This document shows positions 1-8,981 of a stretch of DNA of 64,000 bases, piece by piece. This DNA is from Bacteroidales bacterium. GTDB lineage: Bacteria > Bacteroidota > Bacteroidia > Bacteroidales > UBA932. Numbering within the stretch: the first letter of the stretch is position 1; each line of letters starts with the position of its first letter. The DNA lies in assembly GCA_016293535.1 (NCBI GenBank), contig JAEDEB010000002.1, positions 24,724 through 88,723 of the forward strand, given 5' to 3'. The translations under genes and the position numbers were made by a program. The notes beneath the pieces are model-generated. The model was not told the origin of the DNA, did not search any database, and saw nothing but the letters and a program-made list of their open reading frames with translations.

Positions 1-15
1 TGTTTTGAAGATTAC

Positions 16-1869
16 TTATTTGAGGATTCCGTCAACGTCTTTCATCAGTTTGCGGAGCTCGGGATTCGAATTGGCCATGACAGCGAGTTTCTCGTCCGGA
101 GTATATGCTTCGCGAAGCGTGCCCTGGGATTCGACCTTCCCGACATCAAGTTTGAGCGCGCTCCATCTGAGCAGTTCATTGAGCCTGAGCTGGAGTTTGG
201 AAAGTGCATTTGAACGTATCCAGCTCACTTGGGAGTCGTTTGCAACCTTGAAGGTCATAGTCATGGTGCCGTCGCCGTTGTCCTCAATTTCGACTTCGGA
301 GTTGGCTATCGCATTGGAAAGGCGCGGCTTGTCCGAGAATATTTCGGCGCATTCCCTCCATTTGGCGAGTATCTCGTCCCTTTCCGGTGCATCCATGCGT
401 TCGTCTGCGTTCTCGCCTGTGGCAGCGGGTGCATCTTCGGAGAGCATCGAGCCTAAGGAGAAGCCGGCCGAGCGGCGTCTGCGGCGCGGTGCCTCGTCCG
501 TGGCGGCTGGAGCCGGCGCGGCTGCTGGCTGCTGTGCGGCGGCCGGGATCCGTCCTGTCGAATCCGTCTGCGCCTGCTGGGACGGCTCGACGGCTGGAGC
601 CGACTGCGGTGCTGCGGGTTGTGCGGCTGGAGCCGGTTGAGCTGGCTGCGGTGCTGCGGGCTGTGCGGCAGAAACCGGTGTAGCGGCAGGCTGAGCGGCG
701 GGAACCGATGCAGCGGCAGGCTGTGCGGCGGAAACCGGTGTGGCGGCAGGCTGAGCGGCAGGCTGAGCGGCGGGAGATGAGAGAAGGAAGGAGAGTTTCA
801 TCAGGGCGAACTCGATATGGAGCCGCGGATTTACGCTTGCCCTGTAACCGGACTCGCATTGAGAGGTGACGGCAAGGGCGTCATAAAGGAATTTGACAGA
901 ACATCTCATAGCCTGCTCCGCATACTGGCGCTTGAGGGAGTCTGGAAGTTCGAGCAGGGATTCCAGACCTGCAGTCCTGCTGACAAGCAGATTCCTGAAA
1001 TGGCTGCTCAGGGCGGCCACGAAATGGAGAGCATTGAAGCCCTTGGCGAGTATGGCGTCGAACTTCAGCAGAGCTGCCGGATAATCCCCCTTCAGAAAAT
1101 CCTCGACGAGGGCGAAACAATGCTCATAGCTGAGCACGTTCAGGTTCTTGAGCACATCTTCATATTTGACGGCGTTCCCGCAGAAGGCCACTGTCTGGTC
1201 GAAAATGGTAAGGGCGTCACGCATCGCTCCGTCCGCCTTCTGCGCAATCACGTGAAGGGATTCGTCATCGATGGTCACCGACTCCCTGTCCGCAATCATC
1301 CTGAGGTTCCGTACTATGTTGTCTACGGTTATCCTGTTGAAGTCGTAGGTCTGGCAACGGGACAGTATGGTAGGAAGAATCTTGTGCTTCTCGGTGGTGG
1401 CGAGTATGAAGATTGCGTGCGCAGGGGGTTCCTCGAGGGTCTTGAGAAAGGCGTTGAAGGCAGCCTGCGAGAGCATATGGACCTCGTCTATGATATAGAC
1501 GCTGTATTTTCCGACCTGAGGCGCGACGCGCACCTGATCTATGAGGGTCTTGATATCCTCTACGCCGTTGTTGGATGCGGCATCCAGTTCGTGTATGCAG
1601 TAGGAGCGGCCTTCCGCAAAGGAACGGCAGGACTCGCACTCTCCGCAAGGTTCCATATCCGCGCTCGGATTGGAACAGTTTATCATCTTCGCAAAAATCC
1701 TGGCCGTCGTGGTCTTTCCCACTCCTCGCGGCCCGCAGAAGAGATATGCATGCGCAAGCTGCCCCCTCAGTATGGAATTCTTGAGGGTGACTGCAATATT
1801 GTCCTGACCGATCAGGGTAGCAAAATTCTCTGGCCTGTACTTTCTGGCCGAAACGATATACTCAGACAT
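16..1869 (-). CDS. dnaX: DNA polymerase III subunit gamma/tau
   Basis: 617-aa ORF. Clamp-loader AAA+ N-terminus with Walker A GPRGVGKTT, Zn module CGECESC and SRC motif LSRCQ. A long Ala/Pro/Gln linker precedes the C-terminal domain. Confidence 0.95.
   Translation of the reverse strand: MSEYIVSARKYRPENFATLIGQDNIAVTLKNSILRGQLAHAYLFCGPRGVGKTTTARIFAKMINCSNPSADMEPCGECESCRSFAEGRSYCIHELDAASNNGVEDIKTLIDQVRVAPQVGKYSVYIIDEVHMLSQAAFNAFLKTLEEPPAHAIFILATTEKHKILPTILSRCQTYDFNRITVDNIVRNLRMIADRESVTIDDESLHVIAQKADGAMRDALTIFDQTVAFCGNAVKYEDVLKNLNVLSYEHCFALVEDFLKGDYPAALLKFDAILAKGFNALHFVAALSSHFRNLLVSRTAGLESLLELPDSLKRQYAEQAMRCSVKFLYDALAVTSQCESGYRASVNPRLHIEFALMKLSFLLSSPAAQPAAQPAATPVSAAQPAAASVPAAQPAATPVSAAQPAAPQPAQPAPAAQPAAPQSAPAVEPSQQAQTDSTGRIPAAAQQPAAAPAPAATDEAPRRRRRSAGFSLGSMLSEDAPAATGENADERMDAPERDEILAKWRECAEIFSDKPRLSNAIANSEVEIEDNGDGTMTMTFKVANDSQVSWIRSNALSKLQLRLNELLRWSALKLDVGKVESQGTLREAYTPDEKLAVMANSNPELRKLMKDVDGILK
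661..780. repeat. Two tandem 60-nt repeat copies inside the dnaX linker-coding region
   Basis: CTGTGCGGC(A/G)GAAACCGGTGT(A/G)GCGGCAGGCTGAGCGGC occurs at about 661-701 and 721-761 (39/41 identical). On the minus strand it encodes AAQPAATPVSAAQPA twice. Confidence 0.8.
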
Positions 1870-1875
1870 AGCTCA

Positions 1876-1883
1876 CAAATATA
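1876..1883 (-). promoter_or_regulatory. Candidate Bacteroidota -7 promoter box (TATATTTG) for dnaX
   Basis: The minus strand reads TATATTTG, matching TAnnTTTG. It lies only about 7 nt upstream of the dnaX ATG, which would imply a very short leader. Confidence 0.3.
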
Positions 1884-1942
1884 GGCATTCTTTTTGTATC
1901 TTTACCGCGGCTTCGGAACGTGAGAAAACAATACTACAAACT

Positions 1943-2794
1943 ATGAGAAGAATCATATCCGCGGCACTCGCCGTACTTGTTTCGACGGCGATGTTCGCAC
2001 AGGCTCAGATTACCACCAAGAAGATGAGAATCGCCGATTTCAAGGACAAGACCACCAAGGTCGTCCTCACCGGCAGCACCATGTTTGACGGCATTTACCA
2101 GCAAAAAGTGAAGGCCGCATGGACCGTGTCCCCTTACGAGTTCTGCACACAGGCCGATTTCGAGGCGCTCAAGAGCAACCCTGACTATTATTTCCTCGTT
2201 GTGGTCAGCGGGAAGTTCAGAAAAGAGTCCGAGCCGGGCATAGAGATGCTTACCCTCATGAAGGGTGGCGTCGGTTCGGAAGAGGGCGTCGACGGAATGT
2301 TCGACATAGTATCCGTTCCACTGCGTCCTATCGGAGGCAGCGGCGGAAGGGAGTACGCTATGCTTCCGGCACTGTTGAACATAATACAGCAGAACACGTT
2401 GGACTCCATGGAGACCGATGTGAGCGGGTACATGGGTCTGGGCAACTATATGATCAATCTCCCGAAGACCAAGGATATGGAAATCGTATTCGCCGACGGC
2501 GACATTGCGCCGCAGGTATCCGTTGGCAGCAGGAACCTTTACCTGCGAGACGGCATGATCTCGATGGAGGACAGCGACGATGTGGATGATCTGATGAGGG
2601 AGGGAGTTGCCGGAAAGGTGGTAAGCTACACCGTCGCCCCTGAAGGTGCAAAGCCCGGTTCATACTGCTTCAAGATGCTCATAGGCACGGAAGACAACAC
2701 CCTCTACTTCTTCAAGAAACACAAGATCAGCGCAAAGTTCGGAGCAGGCTTCCTTGAGGAGGATCTCAAGAAGATAGCATCCGTGAGAAAGTAA
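1943..2794 (+). CDS. Secreted hypothetical protein
   Basis: 283-aa ORF with an N-terminal signal peptide (MRRIISAALAVLVSTAMFAQAQ). I recognise no domain. Confidence 0.6.
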   Translation: MRRIISAALAVLVSTAMFAQAQITTKKMRIADFKDKTTKVVLTGSTMFDGIYQQKVKAAWTVSPYEFCTQADFEALKSNPDYYFLVVVSGKFRKESEPGIEMLTLMKGGVGSEEGVDGMFDIVSVPLRPIGGSGGREYAMLPALLNIIQQNTLDSMETDVSGYMGLGNYMINLPKTKDMEIVFADGDIAPQVSVGSRNLYLRDGMISMEDSDDVDDLMREGVAGKVVSYTVAPEGAKPGSYCFKMLIGTEDNTLYFFKKHKISAKFGAGFLEEDLKKIASVRK

Positions 2795-2801
2795 TCTGCA
2801 G

Positions 2802-4031
2802 ATGAGGACAGGAAGGGCCGGATGCGGGCTCCGGTATGCCGTCAAAAGAAGCGGGTCGGCGGCCGGTTATTGCGCGCTGAGCATAAAGTGCGGGACCCGC
2901 GACGAGGAAGGATACCATTCGGGCATCGCCCATTTCGTGGAGCACACTCTGTTCAAGGGGACTGCCCACAAGTCTGCCGCAGTCATCAACAGTTATCTGG
3001 ACAAGCTTGGCGGCGAACTCAACGCCTACACCACGAAGGAGGAAATTGTCCTCCACGCCACGGTTCTGAAGGAAGACCTGCACAAGGCTGCGGGCCTTCT
3101 CTTTGAACTTGCCCTTGAACCCACCTTTCCGGAGAAGGAAATCGAGACCGAGAAGGGAGTCGTGATAGATGAAATCATTTCATACAAGGACTCCCCCTCC
3201 GACGAGATTTACGATATGTTCGAGGAACTGCTGTTTGCCGGTCATCCCCTTTCCTCGCCCATACTTGGGACGAAGGCATCTGTCAGGAAAATGAGCAGCG
3301 AGGAACTCAGGGCTTTCGTCAGGGAAAAGTTCAAGCCTTGGAAAATGGCATTCACCGTAGTCGTGGACGAGGATGAGACAAAGGTTGAGAAGATGATTCT
3401 CAGGCTTGTGGACAAGTACTTCGACGGAGTCCTCGAACCTCTGAAGCAGGAAGAGGAGGCGGTCAGTTTCATCCCCGCCGTATTCGACAGGACGGTAAAC
3501 AGGCGCAACCACCAGGTAAACTGCGTGATAGGGAGCACTGCACCGTCGCTGTACAGGGAAAAGGAAAGGATTGCCGCAGTTCTTCTGGGCAATATTCTCG
3601 GCGGCCCGGCAACCAACTCCATACTCAACTCCGTCCTCCGCGAGAAGAACGGATGGGTGTACGGGGTCGAGTGTTCATATACCCAGTACTCTGACACTGG
3701 AATCATGGCTATATGCCTGGGCTGTGACAGGGAAAATACGGAACGCTGCCTTGCGGTGGTGGACAAGGAGATTGCCCGCCTCCAGCAGGAGCCTCTGTCC
3801 CCCGCCCGCCTGAAGGCAGCCAAGAAGCAGCTTCTCGGCCAGCTCGCCATCAGCGGCGACAACGGCGAGTCCCAGTGCCTCTCCATGGGCAAGTCCCTGA
3901 TGTCCTACGGCCAGGTATTCACAAGCGGACGCAACCGCGAGCTCATCGAAGCCGTCACTTCCGAGGATCTGATGAACGCAGCAAGGGAAATCTTCTCACC
4001 GGAGAAGACTTCCCGTCTGATTTTCCAATAA
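2802..4031 (+). CDS. M16 (pitrilysin/insulinase) family zinc peptidase
   Basis: 409-aa ORF with the inverted zinc motif HxxEH (HFVEHTLFKG) near the N-terminus and a two-domain M16-like length. Confidence 0.85.
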   Translation: MRTGRAGCGLRYAVKRSGSAAGYCALSIKCGTRDEEGYHSGIAHFVEHTLFKGTAHKSAAVINSYLDKLGGELNAYTTKEEIVLHATVLKEDLHKAAGLLFELALEPTFPEKEIETEKGVVIDEIISYKDSPSDEIYDMFEELLFAGHPLSSPILGTKASVRKMSSEELRAFVREKFKPWKMAFTVVVDEDETKVEKMILRLVDKYFDGVLEPLKQEEEAVSFIPAVFDRTVNRRNHQVNCVIGSTAPSLYREKERIAAVLLGNILGGPATNSILNSVLREKNGWVYGVECSYTQYSDTGIMAICLGCDRENTERCLAVVDKEIARLQQEPLSPARLKAAKKQLLGQLAISGDNGESQCLSMGKSLMSYGQVFTSGRNRELIEAVTSEDLMNAAREIFSPEKTSRLIFQ

Positions 4032-4097
4032 GCAATCTTCAAAAACAACTGAGCAATCCTGTTGCCGACCTGTCACAGATGGCAGGAGATGCGGAGC

Positions 4098-4619
4098 CTA
4101 TTCAGGATTGCGATAGACCTCAGCCCATTCGACATAGGCCTGGACACCGGCATCTATTGTACGGGCGACAGCCTCCGGTGAGAGCTTCTTCACGAATTTC
4201 GCAGGCACACCGGCCCAAAGCTCGTATGGTCCCACCTTGGTCTTTCCAAGAATCAGGGCATGAGCCGCGACCAGCGAGCCCTCGCCGATTTCAGCGCCGT
4301 CGAGTATGGTGGCGCCCATTCCTATGAGAGTATGGTCATGGATCGTGGCGGCGTGGACGGTTGCATTGTGGCCGATAACAACATCGCTGCCGATATGGAC
4401 CTTGCCGCCCTCTCCCTCGGAGACATGGATGACCGCACAGTCCTGGACATTCACCCTGTCGCCTATCTCTATGGAGTTGTCATCACCGCGAAGAACCGCG
4501 CTGTACCACACCGAGCAGTTGTCCCCCATCTTCACGTCACCGAGAACCGCAGCGGTTTCTGCAATGAAGCAGTCCTTCCCGAACTGCGGGGTCTTTCCCT
4601 TTATAGTTCTGATTGTCAT
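4098..4619 (-). CDS. Gamma-class carbonic anhydrase-like / hexapeptide-repeat (left-handed beta-helix) protein
   Basis: Start taken at MTIRTIKGKTPQF (Met30 of the track ORF). Repeated hexapeptide pattern (IGDRVNVQD, IGSDVVIGHNATV, IGMGATILDGAEIGEGSLV). The size of 173 aa is typical for the family. Confidence 0.8.
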   Translation of the reverse strand: MTIRTIKGKTPQFGKDCFIAETAAVLGDVKMGDNCSVWYSAVLRGDDNSIEIGDRVNVQDCAVIHVSEGEGGKVHIGSDVVIGHNATVHAATIHDHTLIGMGATILDGAEIGEGSLVAAHALILGKTKVGPYELWAGVPAKFVKKLSPEAVARTIDAGVQAYVEWAEVYRNPE

Positions 4620-4720
4620 ATAATCAATATTCCTTGCCTTGCGGCATAACATAACTGAAATAAAAAACGGCCTGCGGCAACTCCGGACAATTACCGGAAA
4701 TGACACAGGCCGTTGTTCTT

Positions 4721-4743
4721 GAAAATTTCCCGGGTCTCCGGGA
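4721..4743 (-). terminator. Candidate rho-independent terminator downstream of the DUF3127-like gene
   Basis: The minus strand reads TCCCGG-AGAC-CCGGGA (6-bp stem) followed by AATTTTC, about 14 nt after the stop at 4757. Confidence 0.4.
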
Positions 4744-4756
4744 CAACGTCGAATTC

Positions 4757-5203
4757 CTAGAAAGGAAGGTCGTCTGCCGATCCTACGATGTCATCTGCGG
4801 CAAGAACCGGAGCTTCAACCGGCTGCGGAGCCGCTGATCCCGGAGCGAAGCCTGCAGGCACCGATGCCTGATAAGCCGGAGCCTGTGCAGGAGCCTGCTG
4901 CGCTGCCGGCTGCTGGGCCGCAGCGGTCACCGCTTCTATGCGCCACGCGCGTATGTCGGTGTACCACCTGCCGTTAAACTCCCTTGACGAAAGGTTGAGG
5001 GAAATCTTGACGTTGTCTCCCACGTTGAACCTTGCAAGATCATTGACCTTGTCCTCTCCCCACACATTCATGCATACGGTATTCGGGAAGTTTCCGTCCC
5101 TGTACTCGACGATGAATTCCTGCTTGCACCATGGTCCTCTTGCCGATGTGCCGTTCTGCACATTGAGCTTGCGGACGATCTGGCATTCAAGTTCAAGTGC
5201 CAT
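4757..5203 (-). CDS. DUF3127-like OB-fold protein with SSB-type disordered linker and acidic C-terminal tip
   Basis: 148 aa. The N-terminal ~95 aa match my recollection of DUF3127 (KQEFIVEY...NTVCMNVWGEDKV...REFNGRWYTDIRAWRIE). Next comes an Ala/Gln/Pro-rich linker, and the protein ends in ...GSADDLPF. Confidence 0.7.
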   Translation of the reverse strand: MALELECQIVRKLNVQNGTSARGPWCKQEFIVEYRDGNFPNTVCMNVWGEDKVNDLARFNVGDNVKISLNLSSREFNGRWYTDIRAWRIEAVTAAAQQPAAQQAPAQAPAYQASVPAGFAPGSAAPQPVEAPVLAADDIVGSADDLPF

Positions 5204-5206
5204 TGC

Positions 5207-5989
5207 TTATTCCTCCTTCTTCTCAGGATCAACGAATGGATGAACCTCAGTCAGTTCGATTTCGAAGATGAGGGTGGAGTTAGGCTCGATGGAACGGCTT
5301 CCGTATGTGCCGTATCCGAGATCTGCAGGAACATAGAGCTTGATCTTACCGCCTTCGCCGATGTAAGGAATGCCTTCCTGCCATCCCTTGATGAGATTGG
5401 TGAGGAACATCTTTACCGGAGTGCCGTTGGAAGAGTCGAACTCGGTACCGTCGAGGAGAGTTCCGGTGTAGTTCACCATGATTGTATCCTTGAGTGCAGG
5501 ATGTACATCGTTTCCGGCCTCGATGATTTCATACTGAAGGCCTGACTCGGTCTCGACAACTCCCTCCTTGGTCTTGTTCTTCTCGAGGAAAGCGACACCC
5601 TCGCGGCGGTTGAGCTCGCTCTTGTACTCTCTCTTCTTGGAAAGGAATGAGTTGAATACTTCGTTCATAAGCTCAGGGCTTACCTTGAACTGCTTGTTGA
5701 ATGCGGTATCCCTCGGCTCACCTTCTGCGTTGATGAAATCCGACATACCCTTGCGGAGCTGTGCCATGTTGAGGTCACCGAGTTTCTCAGCGAAGTCGTT
5801 GGCCTTGATGAAGTAGCCGAAGTTTACTCCGATAAGGTAGCTGACAGAGTCGATCTGGGAAGCTGTAGGAAGGAGGTCCTTCACATTTGCCACTGTAGTG
5901 GGATCCACGGTTTCGCCCTGCTTTGGAGCGCAGGAAACCATCATCGCAGCTGCCGCTGCCGATACTGCAAGAATCTTGATTGCTTTCAT
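5207..5989 (-). CDS. FKBP-type peptidyl-prolyl cis-trans isomerase lipoprotein (FkpA/Mip-like)
   Basis: Start taken at MKAIKILAVSAAAAAMMVSC (lipobox). C-terminal FKBP domain (VNYTGTLLDGTEFDSS...GWQEGI...LYVPADLGYG). Confidence 0.9.
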   Translation of the reverse strand: MKAIKILAVSAAAAAMMVSCAPKQGETVDPTTVANVKDLLPTASQIDSVSYLIGVNFGYFIKANDFAEKLGDLNMAQLRKGMSDFINAEGEPRDTAFNKQFKVSPELMNEVFNSFLSKKREYKSELNRREGVAFLEKNKTKEGVVETESGLQYEIIEAGNDVHPALKDTIMVNYTGTLLDGTEFDSSNGTPVKMFLTNLIKGWQEGIPYIGEGGKIKLYVPADLGYGTYGSRSIEPNSTLIFEIELTEVHPFVDPEKKEE

Positions 5990-6092
5990 AATGTTTATTG
6001 ACTTTAATAGTGTATTCATACAGGACTCGCAAATATCGCAAAAAAAATCAGATAAAACTTGACGGGCTATTGGAAATATATGATTAACTTAG

Positions 6093-8294
6093 ATGAAAAT
6101 TGACCTGAAGATGGATATCGACTCTGAAACCCTGCATTCCAAGCTGAAGGAGTTCTTCGGCTTCGCTTCCTTCAAGGGAGACCAGGAGGAGATTGTACGC
6201 CACCTCATATCCGGGAGGGACGCATTCGTGCTTATGCCTACTGGCGGCGGAAAGTCCCTCTGTTACCAGTTGCCGGCCCTGCTTATGGAGGGAACGGCGA
6301 TTGTGGTGTCCCCTCTGATTGCACTGATGAAGAACCAGGTTGATGCCATCAGGGGCTTCGTATCGGGGAACGAAGGCATCGCCCACTTTCTCAACTCATC
6401 CCTTTCCAAGGCTCAGACGGCCGAAGTCAAGGATGATTTGCAGGCAGGCATAACCAAACTCCTGTATGTCGCGCCCGAGTCCCTGACCAAGCCGGACAAC
6501 ATCGCCCTGCTCAAGGACTTGAAGATATCATTCTATGCCATCGACGAGGCCCACTGCATTTCCGAATGGGGACACGACTTCCGTCCCGAGTACAGGAAGA
6601 TACGGGGCATAGCCGAGCAGATAGGGCGCGCCCCTATGATCGCGCTGACTGCAACCGCCACCCCAAAGGTCCAGTACGATATCCAGAAGAACCTCGGGAT
6701 GCTCGATGCCAAAGTGTTCCGTTCATCATTCAACCGTCCCAACCTCATCTATGAGGTAAGGGACAAGGTGGAACCGAAAAAACAGATAATCAAGTTCATA
6801 CGTCAGAATCCCGGCAAGTCGGGCATCATATACTGCCTGAGCCGGAAGAAGGTCGAAGAGATAGCCGAGCTGCTCAACACCAACGGAATCAAGGCACTGC
6901 CATACCACGCGGGACTTGACGCCAAGACCCGCGCCGAGAACCAGGATGCCTTTCTGATGGAGGATGTGGACGTGATTGTCGCAACCATAGCCTTCGGCAT
7001 GGGCATAGACAAGCCGGATGTAAGGTTTGTCATCCACTACGACATTCCGAAGAGCCTCGAGGGTTACTATCAGGAGACAGGACGAGGCGGAAGGGACGGG
7101 CGCGAGGCCAACTGCATCGCATTCTACTCGTACAAGGATATCCAGAAACTCGAGAAGTTCATGCAGGGCAAGCCTCTTGCAGAACAGGAAATCAGCCGGC
7201 AGCTGCTGAGCGAGGTGGTCGGATACGCGGAGAGCAACCAGTGCCGCAGACGCCTGCTGCTCAACTACTTCGGCGAGGATTACGGGACGGACGGCTGCGG
7301 AGCCTGTGACAACTGTCTCAAGCCTAAGGTGACCTTCGACGGCAAGGAGGAGCTGGTTCTGGCAATCAGTCTTGTAAGCCAGCTCAAGGAGAGATTCAAG
7401 CTGGACCATCTGGCCGCAATCCTGATGGGCGAAAGTTCCGCGATGATAAAGTCCTACCACCACGACAGGCTCCGCCTCTTCGGCGCCGGCAAGGACCACA
7501 GCTTCCGTTTCTGGTGCTCCGTCATTCAGCAGGCAGTGCTCGCGCATTTCCTCTTCAAGGATGTGGAGAGTTACGGAACCATAGGCATAACCCCATCAGG
7601 CCGGGAGTTCCTTGAACATCCTTATTCCATTCAGCTGACCACAGACAGGGAATATGCCGACGGCGAGGATGATGAAGAGGAGGAGAACATCAGAGGCGGC
7701 GGAGGCGGAGACGAGAAACTTCTGTCGATGCTCAAGGACCTGCGCAAGGACCTTTCCCACAAGTACCGGTTGCAGAGCTGGATCATCTTCAGCGATGCCT
7801 CCCTCGAGGATATGAGCATAATGTACCCTGTCACTCTCGAAGAACTCAAGAAATGTCAGGGGGTCGGAGATGGAAAGGCTCGGAAATACGGGGAGCCGTT
7901 CCTGAAACTCATTTCCAAATATGTGGAGGAGAACGATATAATTCGCCCGGACGACTTCGTGATGAAGACCAGGGTTCCGAGCAATTCGAAGATACAGATT
8001 ATACAGTCGGTGGACAGGAAGATACCGCTCGCCGAAATTGCGCGCAGCCTGGGCATCGAATATGATGAGCTCATAGGCGAGCTTGAGTCCATTGTATACT
8101 CCGGCACCAGGCTCAATCTCAACTACGCAATCAGCCAGATTATGGACGAGGACGACATCTCCGACATTTTCGACTATTTCCGCAACGCGGAGACCGACCA
8201 CATGAAAGAGGCCATGGAGGAGTTCGGCGGCTTCTACGAAGAGAATGAAGTGCGCCTTGCCAGGCTGAAATTCATCTGCGAGGTAGCCAATTAA
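6093..8294 (+). CDS. recQ: ATP-dependent DNA helicase RecQ
   Basis: 733 aa. Walker A PTGGGKS, DEAH box AIDEAHCISEWGHDFRPEY and an RQC zinc cluster (CRRRLLLNYFGE...CGACDNC). The C-terminal HRDC-like region carries an acidic Gly-rich insert. Confidence 0.95.
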   Translation: MKIDLKMDIDSETLHSKLKEFFGFASFKGDQEEIVRHLISGRDAFVLMPTGGGKSLCYQLPALLMEGTAIVVSPLIALMKNQVDAIRGFVSGNEGIAHFLNSSLSKAQTAEVKDDLQAGITKLLYVAPESLTKPDNIALLKDLKISFYAIDEAHCISEWGHDFRPEYRKIRGIAEQIGRAPMIALTATATPKVQYDIQKNLGMLDAKVFRSSFNRPNLIYEVRDKVEPKKQIIKFIRQNPGKSGIIYCLSRKKVEEIAELLNTNGIKALPYHAGLDAKTRAENQDAFLMEDVDVIVATIAFGMGIDKPDVRFVIHYDIPKSLEGYYQETGRGGRDGREANCIAFYSYKDIQKLEKFMQGKPLAEQEISRQLLSEVVGYAESNQCRRRLLLNYFGEDYGTDGCGACDNCLKPKVTFDGKEELVLAISLVSQLKERFKLDHLAAILMGESSAMIKSYHHDRLRLFGAGKDHSFRFWCSVIQQAVLAHFLFKDVESYGTIGITPSGREFLEHPYSIQLTTDREYADGEDDEEEENIRGGGGGDEKLLSMLKDLRKDLSHKYRLQSWIIFSDASLEDMSIMYPVTLEELKKCQGVGDGKARKYGEPFLKLISKYVEENDIIRPDDFVMKTRVPSNSKIQIIQSVDRKIPLAEIARSLGIEYDELIGELESIVYSGTRLNLNYAISQIMDEDDISDIFDYFRNAETDHMKEAMEEFGGFYEENEVRLARLKFICEVAN

Positions 8295-8339
8295 GCACTC
8301 TTCAAAACAAACATATTTTCTCAGAATTGCCAAGATTAC

Positions 8340-8347
8340 TAATTTTG
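8340..8347 (+). promoter_or_regulatory. Candidate -7 promoter box TAATTTTG
   Basis: Matches TAnnTTTG about 23 nt upstream of the ATG at 8370. Confidence 0.4.
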
Positions 8348-8369
8348 CAAACTTTTTAAGAGCAATACG

Positions 8370-8981
8370 ATGATTACAATAGGATTCAAACAGTCTGGAA
8401 ACTGCTGGCTCAGGGCCATACTCGCCCTGGGGCTCGGCATTGTGATGCTCATCAACTGCATTCAAGGCACGGACCCTGTCGTTCTGCTGGTGAAGGTGTG
8501 CGGATGCTTCGTCATTGCTGCGGGCATATTCTCCCTTATCTACGGACTGATAAAGAAGAATGAACGCGACTTCAGCCTGATGATGGTCAATGCCCTCGTG
8601 GACGTGATTCTCGGCGCGGTGCTCTTCCTCTTTGCAGGGGCCATATCAAAAATATTCTTCTACCTGGTCGGGTTTCTGCTGATTTTCGTGGGAATCTGGG
8701 AGATCATCACCCTTTTCAGCGCACGCAAATGGGTAAATACCGGTTTCGTATCATACCTTCTCCCCATAGTGATAATCGTTCTTGGCACTCTTCTTATGGC
8801 CCCGAACATCGGCAAGGCCATAGGATACATCTTTTCAGCAGCCCTGATACTCTACGGTATCTCCGACATTCTGACGCTGTACAAGATACGACAGGCCATG
8901 AAGGCATTGGAGATCCATGCTGAGGACGTCAGTCGGGACGGGGAGCAAACAGAAAGCAAGGAGGACTCTGCAGAGGTATGA
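8370..8981 (+). CDS. Integral membrane protein (DUF308/HdeD-like)
   Basis: 203 aa with about six hydrophobic helices and an acidic C-terminal tail. Overlaps the dnaG start by 4 nt. Confidence 0.55.
   Translation: MITIGFKQSGNCWLRAILALGLGIVMLINCIQGTDPVVLLVKVCGCFVIAAGIFSLIYGLIKKNERDFSLMMVNALVDVILGAVLFLFAGAISKIFFYLVGFLLIFVGIWEIITLFSARKWVNTGFVSYLLPIVIIVLGTLLMAPNIGKAIGYIFSAALILYGISDILTLYKIRQAMKALEIHAEDVSRDGEQTESKEDSAEV

Noticed and set aside
5-859. Several overlapping ORFs (211, 191 and 98 aa) rich in Ala/Arg/Gly/Ser around the dnaX 3' half
   Set aside because: They are alternative-frame readings of the repetitive GC-rich linker-coding region of dnaX. Their composition is an artefact of the repeat.
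16-1869. Programmed -1 ribosomal frameshift in dnaX (E. coli-type A AAA AAG slippery site producing gamma)
   Set aside because: I found no A-rich heptanucleotide slippery sequence on the coding strand within dnaX, so nothing supports a frameshift-derived gamma subunit here.
4666-4714. 9-bp inverted repeat AACGGCCTG...CAGGCCGTT between the DUF3127-like gene and the gamma-CA-like gene
   Set aside because: The loop is about 31 nt with no adjacent T-tract, so it is not a convincing terminator. It lies in the likely promoter/5' region of the gamma-CA-like gene, but the evidence is too weak to call a regulatory element.
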